From: Takakia lepidozioides
Lineage: Eukaryota > Plantae > Bryophyta
Direction of reading: 5' to 3'
Length of the DNA: 64,000 nt
Assembly: GCA_030704615.1 (NCBI GenBank)
Contig: CM060734.1
Span: 46,376,001-46,440,000, forward strand
Under the pieces are notes generated by a model. It did not search any database. It saw nothing but the letters and a program-made list of their open reading frames with translations, and was not told the DNA's origin. Shown here piece after piece: positions 1-12,180 of this stretch; position 1 is the first letter of the stretch, and each line of letters begins with the position of its first letter. A program made the position numbers and the translations under genes.

Positions 1-1654
1 GTCACTAACAAGGCTTGGAAGGAAGCTAATAATCTACTTGCTGCCTATGCGAATTTGGTTGAACCTCATGCGAAGCGCATGGAGGCTTTACAACAGCAGT
101 TAGAAGTGTACAAACTCAGAGAGGAGCACACTCTCAGAGGAACCACAAGCAACTTGGTGGATAACAGCCTTATGCAGGTCTGGTTAGCACAAGGGCCAGT
201 GGAGGGCAAAGCACCACGAAAGCTCACCCAAAGCGAGATGAATGAGCTCAGACTGCAAGTGCAGAACATTGCCACAACTACTATAGACAATGTCTATAGT
301 AGGATAGCAGAGTTACAGGAGGATGTAGACGGACTGCAGACTCAAGTGGAGGACCTCACTTCAAATATCGACAAAAGAGTCTATATCCCTCAGGAACAAC
401 TAATGGCTTCTTATTTACAAGCCAGAACTTTGGCTTTTCAGTCTTCACAGGAGGTGCAGGAGATGCCAATGATACAAGAGCCAGTACCACCAACACCACA
501 ACAAGTCACTGTACCAGTAGCTGAACCTGTTGTTACTACAACCACACCACATCCACCACAGCCTGAGGTATGGGGCAATGCTGCTTTTAACCCACCTAAA
601 ACTCCAGCTGCAAGGGAGTACAGTAGGGCTATGATTATGCCCTTCAACCAAATTCCCATCATGTTGGATTTGGCTTGGAAAGAATTTAGTCCTCCGCAGT
701 CATTCGCACATTACTACCAAATCATGCGTATTTGGCTGCCAGTGGCAACTAGGACTAAAGTTCTTCCGAACAATCGACATATTGAGGATCATCACTTTGC
801 ACAATACTGGCATGAGGCAAGTACCATGTTGAAGGAATTAATTGCCTTCCAAGTTGTACATGGATTCATTTATACCAAGACCAAGGAGGTAGCAAGTATT
901 GTCATGGGATGTGGGTTATACTACGTTGCTTGTTTTCTGGTACATTATCACATTGAGCAGCACAAGATGCAAGCGCGCTTTCTGAGTTATTCCAGTGGGG
1001 ATCATTGGATCTAACTTTTTAGTGCCACCTCATATGTACCTATATGAGGCAAAAGTTATGATGCAAAAAGATTCTCAAATTTGTTCATGGTTTCAAGCGG
1101 CCTGGAACAATTTGTCAACACAGAAATTCGGCATTGATGATATTTTCTATAAGGGACATGTGGCATGGAAATACTTGCACGCTGCACAAGTAATTGGTAC
1201 CCCACTCACCTGGACTGACAAGGAGCTCAGTGTCTTCACCAATTTTGATGTTCAGCGTTTACAGCAAGTTGTAAAATATAAACTTCCAGACATGGTAGGA
1301 CAACATTGTATGCCCCAGAGGATTCCACAAAAAGTTCGACAATTAAAACACCTGAGAGGCGATGAGGATTCTGATACAACTACTTCTTCAGCGGACTCTT
1401 TTGACATGGGAGAAGACTATGCAATTCAGATGGTAGAGAAGAAGCGACGGGGGTCTCCTATGCCTGAAAGGTTACCTCGATATCAGCCTCCAGAGGGCCT
1501 CACTTATCCTGGTAGTGTTCAAACATCTCCGTCAACCAGTGACAGACCACGGGCTCGTACACACAGTCCGCCACGAAACTCTCAACGTCAGAAAGGTGCT
1601 CATTCACCAAGGTTTGCATCGCAATCAGTAAATCGTGAGGACACGGCTTTTTGA
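1..1654 (+). CDS. Uncharacterised ORF(s) inside an LTR retroelement, immediately upstream of the PPT (frame open from base 1 to 1014; overlapping ORF 995-1654, probably one frameshifted gene)
   Basis: Frame 1 has no stop from 1 to 1014 (coiled-coil-like Q/E/L region, P/T-rich linker, W/H/Y-rich part). The second ORF overlaps by 20 nt and stops at the PPT. No RT, RNase H or integrase motif seen. Confidence 0.5.
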
Positions 1655-1666
1655 GAGGGGAAGGGG
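1653..1666 (+). other. Polypurine tract (PPT) of an LTR retrotransposon
   Basis: GAGAGGGGAAGGGG, then 3 nt, then TGTTAG at the LTR start. The context reads EDTAF*EGKGNV, resembling the conserved 3' end of Ty3/gypsy elements. Confidence 0.75.
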
Positions 1667-1669
1667 TAA

Positions 1670-2454
1670 TGTTAGAGGACTGTCTGGGACTTGGACACTT
1701 ATACGGGATCTATAGGGTACCCTTAATTTTTGCACAGACTGAGAGCAACAGGAGCCTTAGGGGTGACAGCAGAGCACTGTAGAGGGGGGTTACACAGTCC
1801 GTCACAGTCGTCACAGCCGACACAGCCAGACACAGTTAGCACAGCTCGTCACAGCCCGACACAGCCATCACAGCCAACATAGCCCGTCACAGCCGACACA
1901 GCCACACAGCCAGTCACAGCCGACACAGCCCGTCACAGCTGACACAGCCACACAGCCAGTCACAGCCCGACACAGCCAAACACAGTCGCACAGCCAGTCA
2001 CAGCCCGTCATAGTTTCACACAGCCAGTCACAGCTTGACACAGCTGTCACGACCATAGGGAACGGAGAGCAGGACAGGGAACGACTGTGGGGAACAACAC
2101 CTGCAAATGGAACATGTTAGTTCACGGACAACGGTTAGTGAGGGAAACGGTTAGAGCCACGGGTAGGAAGATAAAGGGGGAAGCAAGGACTGAGAAGGAT
2201 ATGAGCACGGTGAAGGAGGAAAGATGATTAGTAGATGCTTGTTATATGCAAAGCTGTAGTGATATTGTAGAGAGATTAGAGACACAATGGCTTCGGCCTG
2301 ATACCTGATAAATCATAATCTGATACTTATACGATACAATCACACTGATGTAAGAGATCTGAGTGAAGCTGTGGAATGAATGGATGAGTTGATGGAATCC
2401 GATAGATTGATGAAGCAAACTGATACTTAATTATCAATGGTAAGGTAGCTAACA
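1670..2454 (+). mobile_element. 3' LTR (785 bp) of a probable Ty3/gypsy-type element
   Basis: Begins TGTTAG (1670) and ends CTAACA (2449-2454), a perfect 6-bp inverted terminus, directly after a PPT. Confidence 0.75.
1792..2050 (+). repeat. Degenerate tandem array of CACAG(C/T)-based 7-11 bp units inside the LTR
   Basis: More than 25 copies of cacagcc/cacagtc followed by gt, ga or cgt. Confidence 0.9.
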
Positions 2455-2749
2455 TGAATGCGGAAAAGGAAACAAATAGGAAACACCCCCATGATACACT
2501 AGCTGTAGGTCATGACTGATTGTTCTGCGCGGGCTGAGTATTTAGAGATTTCCAACTCTTCTATCTTGGAGTTTCCGCCTCGGATAGCGAAGGGATGGGT
2601 GAGTAAAAGCCGCGCGACAACCACAATTTCTGGTTCTGCGCAGATGATTGTGCCAGATGTGTGCATGGAACTGTGCGTCCTTCCGTAGTGATGAAGCCAT
2701 CTCCTCCAACCGTTTGGCCCGTGAAGGTGGAACACATCTCAGCTTTCAG

Positions 2750-3240
2750 GAGATTGAAATGCTGGAGGAGGCAGGTTTTTCCCTTGCGAGACAACCCCAA
2801 CTCCATGCATGTGCTACTACTTCTGCGTCCCCCGGGTCCCCCCGGCAAATCCTGACTGTGGCCAACCAAACGAGATGGAAAGCTCGTTCGACGTTTCCCT
2901 CCAACCGCTGAACACTTTGGCAAAGTGGAGTCCGCAAGAATGCTCCAAGCTCGTGTTGGAAGCACCACGGAAGTACCTGATCCAAGATATGGTCGGGTAT
3001 TCACAATCATCACTTCCACATCTGATGTTCATGACAGGACCTACGACATCACGGTTTCCAATTTCCCCAATTGCACAGTCCTGATTTTGTGAATATGCTA
3101 TCACCAGTTTGGGCAAGAGGTAAATTCATAACCCTGCAAACATTTGTATTTCATATTTTGAAGAGGATGGTTTGCGATCCCAAACGTGACAACTTCATTC
3201 ACCAGGCCACTATGAGTTTCAACGAGGTCGATACTCTTTG
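2750..3240 (+). pseudogene. Degenerate SWIM zinc-finger protein remnant (probably TE-derived)
   Basis: Across two frameshifts it reads YDITVSNFPNCT/(C)PDFVNML...KFI/PCKHLYFI, matching the CxC-x(n)-CxH SWIM signature. Confidence 0.6.
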
Positions 3241-4149
3241 CAGCGGATACAACACATGGGTAGCATCAACTATGCAAGTGGTATGTGGATGACCATGATT
3301 TGAAATGTGTAATTCACATCATTCGTCGGCGGTGCAATGAATGGCCTCCAACTATACGGAGTGAGCTCTGAGTGACACTTTTAGGTAGTGCACATTTGTC
3401 ATTGCACCGTTCGAAGTCTACATGTCTTGCTGTCGCTATGCACTACAATCATCTTTTGAAGATGATCCTAACTCTCATTGTTATTTGAGGAGGGAGGAAG
3501 GTCTTCCCGTGGCAGCCTTTATAGCGCACACTTTGTGAGGATATTTTTTCGTCCTCGTAATTGTAAAAGTGAAACAAACATTTGTAATTGCACAATGTTG
3601 GATGCTGCAATTGTAGGCCTCAACGCTCGTCTTGATTCTATTTAGGCAAGATTCCCTGCATTAATTCCACGGTCATAGGACCATCCACGGTTATAGGCGG
3701 CGCATGTTAATGCTGACGTGGCAGATGACGGACAGTGCCACGTCATCATTTACCGCCACATCAGCATGCTGACATGATGCTCACGCCACGTCATTCCTGC
3801 GTGAGCGTACGCTCGCGCGCTCACGCCATTGCGTCGTTGTGACTGTAGCATATCAGCTAATAGAGACGAAGGAGAGATCAGAGGGGGTTTTGTGAGTGTT
3901 TGAAGGGAATTGAAATGCTAAGAGGGGAGTAGAACATGGCGTAAGAGTAGACAAGGCAGAGGAAACCATGCTGCAGCTATTGATCCAATTTTGCAATGGA
4001 GCACTAAGAAAATGTAAGCTACTTTAGAACCGAGAAACAGGAGAGACAATGAGGGTCGGCAGAAAGGCCCGCTAGAGGGGGATGCTCCAGCCTACGAGTT
4101 CGGAGCTGCAAATGCTACAAACCAAGAGGTGAGCGATTGGTGCTTCAGA

Positions 4150-7100
4150 TTCAGAACTTCAGTTGAATTTTTAACTTTGGAACTCGAGCTCTCCTGTGAC
4201 GCCAGATGTAATCAGCCTCCTCCCCATCACCAGGGGACCTCCCATTGAGTGGGGATGGAGTCTTTCCAAGCAAAGCGCTTGTCGGGAAGACTGGTGCCGA
4301 GCAGGTTGCTTTTGCCCCAGGACTGCATGAAATCTTGAAATAACTTCCTTCTTTGTTGTTCAAAAGATCTGGAAATAGCTGCACACAACGAATCCCACAC
4401 TTTTCTCCCCTCAGTCAACAAATCATGAAAAGTGTGGAACAAGACAGATCTGCCTTGGGGGGGCTTGCCCTCATAGACATAGGAACACCTTGACTTCCAG
4501 ATATTCCATAAAGTATAGGCTCTGAGCGAGGCCCACACTGGACAGAGAGTTTGCGCCTGACCTGGCACCTTGTTGAGAAGCAACAAAGACCATGAGGAGA
4601 GGGAGGGGGAGCCCCCTGAGAGTAGAACCCAAAACCTTTCTCCAGATACTACCCGAAAAATTGCAAGACAACAGGCAATATTCAATGGACTCTGGTTCTA
4701 ACAGACAGAGAGGGCAGGTAGGATTGTCTTGGTCTATGGTTAGCTTGACTGGCAGGATTCTGTGGGTCAATTTCCATAGGAAACCCGAGACCTTTGCTGC
4801 CATGTCTTTCCTCCAGACGTCCTTCCAGATTTTGGCCCAGTTGGACTGGGTGAACTGCAGATTGCTCCATTTTGAAGACCATCTTGCCAAAAAGCAACGG
4901 GGCGGGTTGATGAGAGAGTAACCCAACTTGACCTTGTAGGCGAAAAATGGTGAATGTTTTTTGTCCATCCAATTCCACTCGTAGGGATCAAATTGCAGAT
5001 CCGCCAGTGGGCACTTGAGAAACCAGGTGAACGATTGATGGATAGCCCATTGAATTTCCATTCCCTGCGGTGGCAAGGGGTTGGCATTTCCAAGCATATC
5101 TAGCACCCTGACATGGTATAGGTTCCGCTTGTCCAATGTTATTTCACCGGAGTATGCGAGGTTGCCAACACTGTCTGGTATGAACCCCAATCCTGTGGCC
5201 TCCATGTCATGAATTGCCAAAATTAGAGCCACTGTTACAGGATTGCGTTGATCACATGTCATCCAAGCAGGGAGATCAGTGCAATTGTCCCTGGTCTCAT
5301 TCAGCGGTGGGAGCATGAACTGGGGGATCTGTGAGATGATTGTGTTCCAGGCTGATGACCTTCTGCACCCCACTATTCCAACTATGTCCTCCTCTTGAAG
5401 GAAATGGCCCTCAGATCTGGTGCTTGCAATGTGCGTAAAACCCTGTCCCTCCCAGAAGGCCCATGAGGGGCCCGGTGCATTGAGCTGCAGCTGAATTGCG
5501 GCGTGATCAAACCCTGGCTGAATCGGCTCAATTTGAATTCTCTTGGACCAACCAATGAGGGAGGTTGTGCAGTAAAACCTGTCAAGGCAGGCCTGGCATA
5601 AATCTGGTGGCACCCTGTTATTGGACCAGGTAAACTTAAGCTCCCCGATACTTGGGGCGGTTGCATCCAGCAAACCAACAGTCAAACAAAGTGAGTCCCA
5701 CGCATCTATTTCTGCTGGTGAGAGACCGTGAGCAGACTGACCAAGTCTATCTACTTCATGGTCTACCATACTAAAATCGCCCCCCACAATCCAGTGCTGG
5801 ATCAGTGGATGTTGAAGCATCCAGAGAAGCACTCTTTCATCCTCCTCATTAGGGGCATAAATGTTCAACGGTCCCACACTACCCAGAGATTGGCCCATGT
5901 TCAAAACCAGAAATTGGACTCGACTTTGGACCCAAACATCATTTGAAAGGATAGACTGAGCAAGAGGAGGGGACACCAAGATTGCGGTACCCCCTCTCGA
6001 ATTAATGACAGTGGGGTTCCAGAAGGCACTTGGTGTTGGCCAGAAGGATCCCCCTAAGGAGGTGATTTTATTAGTATCCAGCTTATGTTCTTGTAAGAAA
6101 AGTATGTTGGAGGCTTGCAAAACAGTGGAGGCCCAAGTTCTGATCCTTGCCCTTTTTGGGGTAGAGTGGTGAGAGCCTAAACCTCTCACATTCCAAGAGG
6201 AGAGGGAGAGGCTCATGACGGAGCTTGAGGTAGGCCCGTGGGGTAAGCACGAATTGATGGCCAAATTGGTTTGAAGAAGTACCTTGTCCGCCTATCTGTT
6301 GGAGGAAGGGTGGAAACCCACCTGAAGCCCTCCGATGGGATAGACAGTTCAGGAAGTTTCCAGGTAAACACTGTTCTGGATCTCTTTCTTTTGCATTTTG
6401 AGCCTAGCAAGGTAAATTGGTTTCCCCCTTCTCTAAAATGAGTAAGATTTTTGGCATTCAGATTGCAGGCCGGGGTGGAAGAGAGAGAGGAGGTGAGAGG
6501 GAGAGGAGGGGAGGTCGCTACTACCCCACCTTGGGGGTAGTCTCTGCGAAGAAGGGTCAGTATCTATCAACAGAGTCCAGACTCTCTTGTGCTCAGAAAC
6601 ATGAGGCGTAAAGAAAATGAGGGGGGAGCAAGCAAGAGAATCCAGCTTGCTTACCGCTGGTGGAGACTCGACTGTCTCCTCTGGCAGCAGGAACGTAATT
6701 GTGGGGTCCAGTGGCGCATTTGAAGAGCCATTGACTTGGTTATCTATCCTCAGCACCAGCTCCATGTTCGTGTTCAGCTCTTGGGTGGGGGTTGTGATCT
6801 TCGTCTTATGTATTTCGTAGTGTTCATCCACGAATTTATGACCTACCTCCATGATTCTCTTACTTCTCGCCCACTCGTTGGGATCCTTGACCCTGCATGA
6901 CAGATAGGTCTTACACATCCATAACCACGAGTTATGATTCCCTGTCGTGTCTACATCTCTATTGTAGATAACAAGCATGACGTGAATAATTGCCAAATCA
7001 GCGTGAGAGACATCGTGCTCAGCCATGATTCCTATGTGCTGAATGTGAGAGAGCGAGAGGATCAGTTTAGGAAAATATTCCTGAAGAATATGTTGAGTGA

Positions 7101-7876
7101 GGGCCAGAACGATTTCCTTTTCCTTGCCAACGCCAAACTCATTGGCAATTGCCTTCGAGGCCCAAGATGATTGAAATCCATCCTTTATGGTTGGTAGAAA
7201 GAAGTTTGTGTAGTCATCGATGAACGCATATAGTAGGGGGGTGATGCAGATTGCCGCTTGGTTTCTGGCAAAGGAGGTGTCGGGCTCCCATCCTGGTAAC
7301 GGTTTGGATTTGAACGAATGGAGTTCCAAAAAAGTGATGGCCAAGCTGTTGTTGTCTAGCTGGAGCAGCTCTGATTGTGTGAAGGGGATGATTTCTGTAT
7401 TCCGTTTTTTTTTTGGGTAGTGTGCAACTCCTCAACATCCATGACCATAGCCTGCCCATTTGAATTGAAATGGTTAAGGCCACCTTCTTGCTGGGGGTCA
7501 TTTCTGGGGTGACTGGATCCAGACTCCTTGATTGTTCCTTCATGTTTCTTTGATCCCTTCATAATCGGGCAATTTGCCCTGACATGCCCTTCAGCGTTGC
7601 AGTGGAAGCATATGATTGATAGCACTTCTTCCTTAATCGCCACTACAATGTATGAGTCAACGATCGTGGGCAGCTTGAGCCTATTGTAGCATTGGCCGGC
7701 ATTAGAACAACTAGTTTATCTGAGTTGTAATCATACCGAATTGCTTCATTATCAACACTCAAGACCTGATCTTGCACTGGCTCATACACATTAATGGCAC
7801 CTATGTATGTGCCGAAGTTTGCTCCGATCTCGGGGAGCGAGGTGAGGTACGTTGGAGGCAAAAACGGGATGGCTAT
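4150..7876 (-). mobile_element. L1-like LINE, 3' part (rest of ORF1 plus ORF2), interrupted at 7877 by the CACTA element
   Basis: ORF1 CCHC knuckle CFHCNAEGHVRANC (7356-7643). ORF2 4471-6264 has APE endonuclease motifs and zf-RVT. Its 3' part is homologous to 59150-60200. Confidence 0.9.
4471..6264 (-). CDS. LINE ORF2 derivative: APE endonuclease fused in frame to the zf-RVT C-terminus, RT domain absent
   Basis: SWNVRG, FLQE, GTAIL, NIYAPN, GGDFS, FTWSN, LDRFY, FDH; then KVSGFLWKL..ILPV..CPLC..ES..CLLSC. No YADD-type RT core in between. Confidence 0.8.
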   Translation of the reverse strand: MAINSCLPHGPTSSSVMSLSLSSWNVRGLGSHHSTPKRARIRTWASTVLQASNILFLQEHKLDTNKITSLGGSFWPTPSAFWNPTVINSRGGTAILVSPPLAQSILSNDVWVQSRVQFLVLNMGQSLGSVGPLNIYAPNEEDERVLLWMLQHPLIQHWIVGGDFSMVDHEVDRLGQSAHGLSPAEIDAWDSLCLTVGLLDATAPSIGELKFTWSNNRVPPDLCQACLDRFYCTTSLIGWSKRIQIEPIQPGFDHAAIQLQLNAPGPSWAFWEGQGFTHIASTRSEGHFLQEEDIVGIVGCRRSSAWNTIISQIPQFMLPPLNETRDNCTDLPAWMTCDQRNPVTVALILAIHDMEATGLGFIPDSVGNLAYSGEITLDKRNLYHVRVLDMLGNANPLPPQGMEIQWAIHQSFTWFLKCPLADLQFDPYEWNWMDKKHSPFFAYKVKLGYSLINPPRCFLARWSSKWSNLQFTQSNWAKIWKDVWRKDMAAKVSGFLWKLTHRILPVKLTIDQDNPTCPLCLLEPESIEYCLLSCNFSGSIWRKVLGSTLRGLPLPLLMVFVASQQGARSGANSLSSVGLAQSLYFMEYLEVKVFLCL

Positions 7877-8729
7877 CACTAGAAGCATTCGTGTCTTTTC
7901 CGAATCGACTGCATGTCCAAAACCACTGAGGGAACAACTTTGAGATGTTTGTTACTACTGCACAGTCGTAACGGATAAATTCACATTTCTAATGGCGGAT
8001 AGAAGTTGCATCAAAGACTCCGCAGTCGGCACAATATTCGCGGCGATTTAATTCAATTACGTAAATTGTTTTTTTTTTTAAAACAACAATTACAAGTGGT
8101 TTTAAGCACTAGAGAACGACTCTTAACAACTAGGCATTCATTGCACACCCTATTCAAAAATGGAATTTTTATAAGTGCTCCACATGGCTCATGACGTGGA
8201 ATATTTTAATGTATTTTAGGGCTTGTGTGGCTCATAGAGATTGTTCTAATCGTCGGATGTAAAATGATCTAAGGGTGGAAGAGTAACTTTGTCCTTTGCC
8301 TGAATTTGTCTAAGTGTTGGGAGAGGGATGGAGGCTTGAGAGAGAGACGAACAAGTGATGCGAGAAGGACGAAGACCAAATCGAGGCCCATGTCCTGTTG
8401 TTGCAAGCGTTTATGGCGTCAAGGGCGCATTATGTGCAAATGTGGGCTCTTGGCTCCCCTTTGTACCATGATTTGGTATTCTTCCTGATGATCACAAGGT
8501 TCTTGGGGAATCAGCTTGGTCTTAGCAACCCATATTTTATCTCTGCCCGCTCAGCTGCACCGTGGTGGTTCTTACGAACCAATCCCACATTACCTGACTA
8601 GAGATACAAGCAGCACGCACAAGAGGTCTTCTTGGGTTCATGGTTAGTCTAATCCGCAATGGGTCATGACACAAGGTAGAGGACAATGTGGTGAGGGCAC
8701 CTTCTTCTTCGAGCTATTTCAGCCTGTTT

Positions 8730-9540
8730 TGCCGAGATGTAGTGTCGTGGAGTGCGATGCTTGTAGGGTATGCACAGCAGGGACGTGGGATGGAGGCTTT
8801 GAGACCTATGAAGTTGCGAAGGGAGAGTTTGATAACATGGCTGAACAAGATGTTGTCTCAAGGAACACGCCGAATCTCGCAAGATATGGCTAGCATGTGT
8901 GCGAGATGAGGGCATTGGAGACATATGAGCAAATGTTGAGAAGAGGTGCAGCCCAGGTCACGTTCATTTGTGTTTGCAATGCATGTGCAAACCTGGCAGC
9001 CCTGGAGACTTGGTAAAGGGCAAAGAGGTCCATCGTGACATTGTCAAAGCTGAAATTGTACCAGATGTAACAATACCTCGTCGACATGTATGCCAAACGT
9101 GGGAGCATTCCCTTATGGACAAGGAGTGTTTAACAATATGGCTGAGCGAAATGTGGTGTGGTGAAACGTGATGATCGCAGGACATGCACAACATGGGCGG
9201 GGATTGCGGGTTTTGGAGACCTATGAGCAAATGATGTGGGTCTAGGGGGTGAAGCCCGAGCACATTACGTTTGTTTTGTTTGTAGTGCATGTGCGAGCCT
9301 GTTGGAGAAGGGCAAAGAGGTCCATGGTTGCATCGTCAAAGCTGGAATTGTGGTAGATGTCATTCTGAACATGAATACCCTTCTAGATAGGGAGTGTTCA
9401 ACAATATGGTTGAGCGAAATGTGGTGTCGTGGAAAGTGATGATCGCAGGACATGCGCAACAGGGGCGGGGATTGCAGGTTTTGGAGACCTATGAGCAGTT
9501 GATGTGGGAGGGGGTGAAGTCCGACCACATTACGTTCAGA
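8730..9540 (+). pseudogene. Frameshifted PLS-class PPR repeat fragments (about three P-L-S triplets) inside the CACTA
   Basis: RDVVSWSAMLVGYAQQGRG, GKEVHRDIVKAEI and RNVVSWKVMIAGHAQQGRG. Nucleotide similarity to repeats of the 50200 gene (aagggcaaagaggtccat...tcaaagctggaat). Confidence 0.9.
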
Positions 9541-12180
9541 GAGTTCAAATGCCTCTCCACATTACCTTGCCTAGCTAACCATGCCTTGCTGATGTTGTTG
9601 TCTTGCACTTGAGCTGTTTTTGGACACTGGCTGGAACATCCACAAGGCGGCTCTGCTCGAGAGAGAAATCAGCTTGAATGCAGGGGCAGATTTTGAGATC
9701 ACAATCGCCACTCAGAACGTTGTTCTTTGCACCGGCATGGCATGTCAGCATGCATATCAGCCCAAACTCATTACTCCGTGAGCCTTCCACTGCCAGAGTG
9801 TGCCCATTCAAGCCAGATCTTTAAAACGCAGGGATGGAACGGGGTTTTGAAACCAGCATTGCCTAACTGGATACCCAATTCAGCTCCGCATCTTGGTCCA
9901 TTAATCTGCTGCACATTGTGAAGTTTTCTGCCCGTTCACCGCAAGTTGAAGAAGGAGTATTCTTAAAACACGGGTACTCATAATCTGAAAATGGCTCCAG
10001 CTTATGTTGCTTGAGTGCGAATATGAGTGTGGTTGGCTTGGCAGCTTTACATCTGGTCCATCCCACTCGATATGATGAGCAAGTTCAGCTTGACTTCTCT
10101 CACACAAAAGACGCTGCCAAGATGGGGTTGCTGCCCTAGATGACTTCCCGTCGTTGTTCTGGCTGCAACATACAATTAATCTGGCCCATGGCGAGGGGCC
10201 TTGCCTTCCACCAATCATCTGTAAGTCATGTGAAACTGTTTTTGTGGCAGTTTGTAAGCAGTGGGCAGCGATGGTGGGTTGTTGTAGGATTTGATGAACT
10301 CAATGCCGTGTACTGACAACAACCCCTCATCTCTTATGCAAGCATTCAACAAGCCAAGTTGACTGCAGAGCATATTCAGCCCCCCACGTTCTAGTTGCCT
10401 AATGTTCTTCATCTCCTGGGCAGAGCATTTTCCAGGGTCTCCATGTGTGATGACACACTATCTTCTCATGTGGTTCAGCTTCTGGTCTTGCTCTTGTTTG
10501 CACCACCCCAATGAAGGGCAGTTCCCACCTGCTTGATTCTCTCTATATGGTTGTCTTGGGTCTTGGCAGGGTTTCCCACAACCGCCTTTCCTTTTCAGAC
10601 TGCCAGTCATCAGCCTCGTTCTCCAATGCTTCACTTTCTTCCCAAGTGAAGTGCTCTCCTCTTTTATGCTTCAACGTCCCTGCAGGTGTCTTTTCCTTCA
10701 TCTCCCGTGGTGCTTACGAATGAATGAGCACTGATTTACATCTGTTCGCAACACTTACGGTGTCCCTTGCATGCCACTGCAGGCCCGCATTGACTTTCTT
10801 GGCAGGGAAGTCTCCTCCTTCTCCCTCATTTTATGGCTCTATTGGTGGGCTGCACTTATTTTGTGGTGTTGCGCCAGCGAAGGGCAATCTTTCACTGGTC
10901 CGATTGTTGGCAACAGCTGATTGGAGTCTTCTTGGTAGAGTCTCCCACGAGCTCCCATCAATTTCAGGCATCAGGTTTTCTACCCTGCCCTTCCACTTTT
11001 CATAAGCGAGGTGCCTGTCTTCCTCCCTTTCACTCTTCAGCCTCTCAGGCAGATTTTTCTTCATGAGATTGCTGCTCCCATACTTCCAGTCCTTGTTTAA
11101 TTTTCTCCAGCCATCACCCTCAGATTTGACAAGGTATTGCTGCCCTTCCTTGTGTCTTTCCTCACTCCCAGCTGCTGGTTTTATCCCAGATTCACCTCTC
11201 ATCCTTGCCTGGGGTTTTGCTTGCCAAACAGCCCTTGTGTGGGGAACTTCAACGAAAGGCAACATCTCATTCTCAGCTCCTGTCTTTGTACCTCTTTGCA
11301 GCAGTCCAGCCTCGGGTGCCTCACTTTCTGATTGCTAGGTTGCATTCTTCGCCGCCAACCTTTGACAAGAAAGTGTGCTCCATCTTCCTCATCTCCTACT
11401 GGTTCCCTGATGCTTCACCTCGTATGTCTTCCTCCTCATGTTTTAGCAGCAGCTCCCATGCTTGAATTGCTACTTTTCCTCGTAGTTGATCTTGTGCTTT
11501 CCTTTTTCTCCGTAGCCTAATCAACAGTTTTGTCTTGGCAGCTTCCTTGCCATGAGTGCCTTGTCTCACTGCATCTCCCTTGGCTGCCCACCATCCGTGG
11601 AGTCTTTCTTGCACTATTCTGACCCTCGTTGGCATGCACTTTGCTGCGATGCCCCACATGTATTTGCTGCTCTCTTTAATCATCATAGTGCTCCAGAGCC
11701 AGTTCCTCATTGTTGACCAGTTGACCTTCTCAGCCCTTGGACCCCATTTTCCCTTCTCCCATGTTGCCTCGTCTTTCTGCTTCATCATTTGCTTTACTTG
11801 CACGATGTTGCTTCTTCCCTACAGCTCATCATGTGTTGTGGCTCTTTCCCATGTTGCACTCACTCCCATCATACATTGTGCAGTTGATAAGACTGAGATG
11901 AGTTGATGCAGGATAGGGGAGGGCTTGCTGGTGTATGTTGTCCGATAGGCCCCATGCACAGAGTCAAAGCTGGAGGTCAGCCTTGCAAGGACCCAAGTGA
12001 GAGAAGTCTGGTGGGGTAGCATCTTGGGGGATGGCAGTTAGGGCAATGTGTGTCTAGGGCAATATATGTCATAGCAGCGGGTGATGTGCTGCCAATTTTG
12101 AGGATAGAGACAGCCTGTAAGCTGTAGATTTGTATAAGTGGTTTCTTCTGACACATATTGCTCCCAGTTTGCCACAACCA

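Noticed and set aside
1-10. CTAACA at 5-10 as the end of a 5' LTR
   Set aside because: Not followed by a PBS and lies inside an open frame.
1868-2056. Cys-rich CDWLC repeat ORF
   Set aside because: It is simply the translation of the CACAG tandem repeat.
9540-12180. Minus-strand K/E-rich decayed coding-like sequence inside the CACTA, perhaps a LINE ORF1 and ORF2 start
   Set aside because: Only weak motif hints (LGN*NVGG, CGKLG), not enough to assign.
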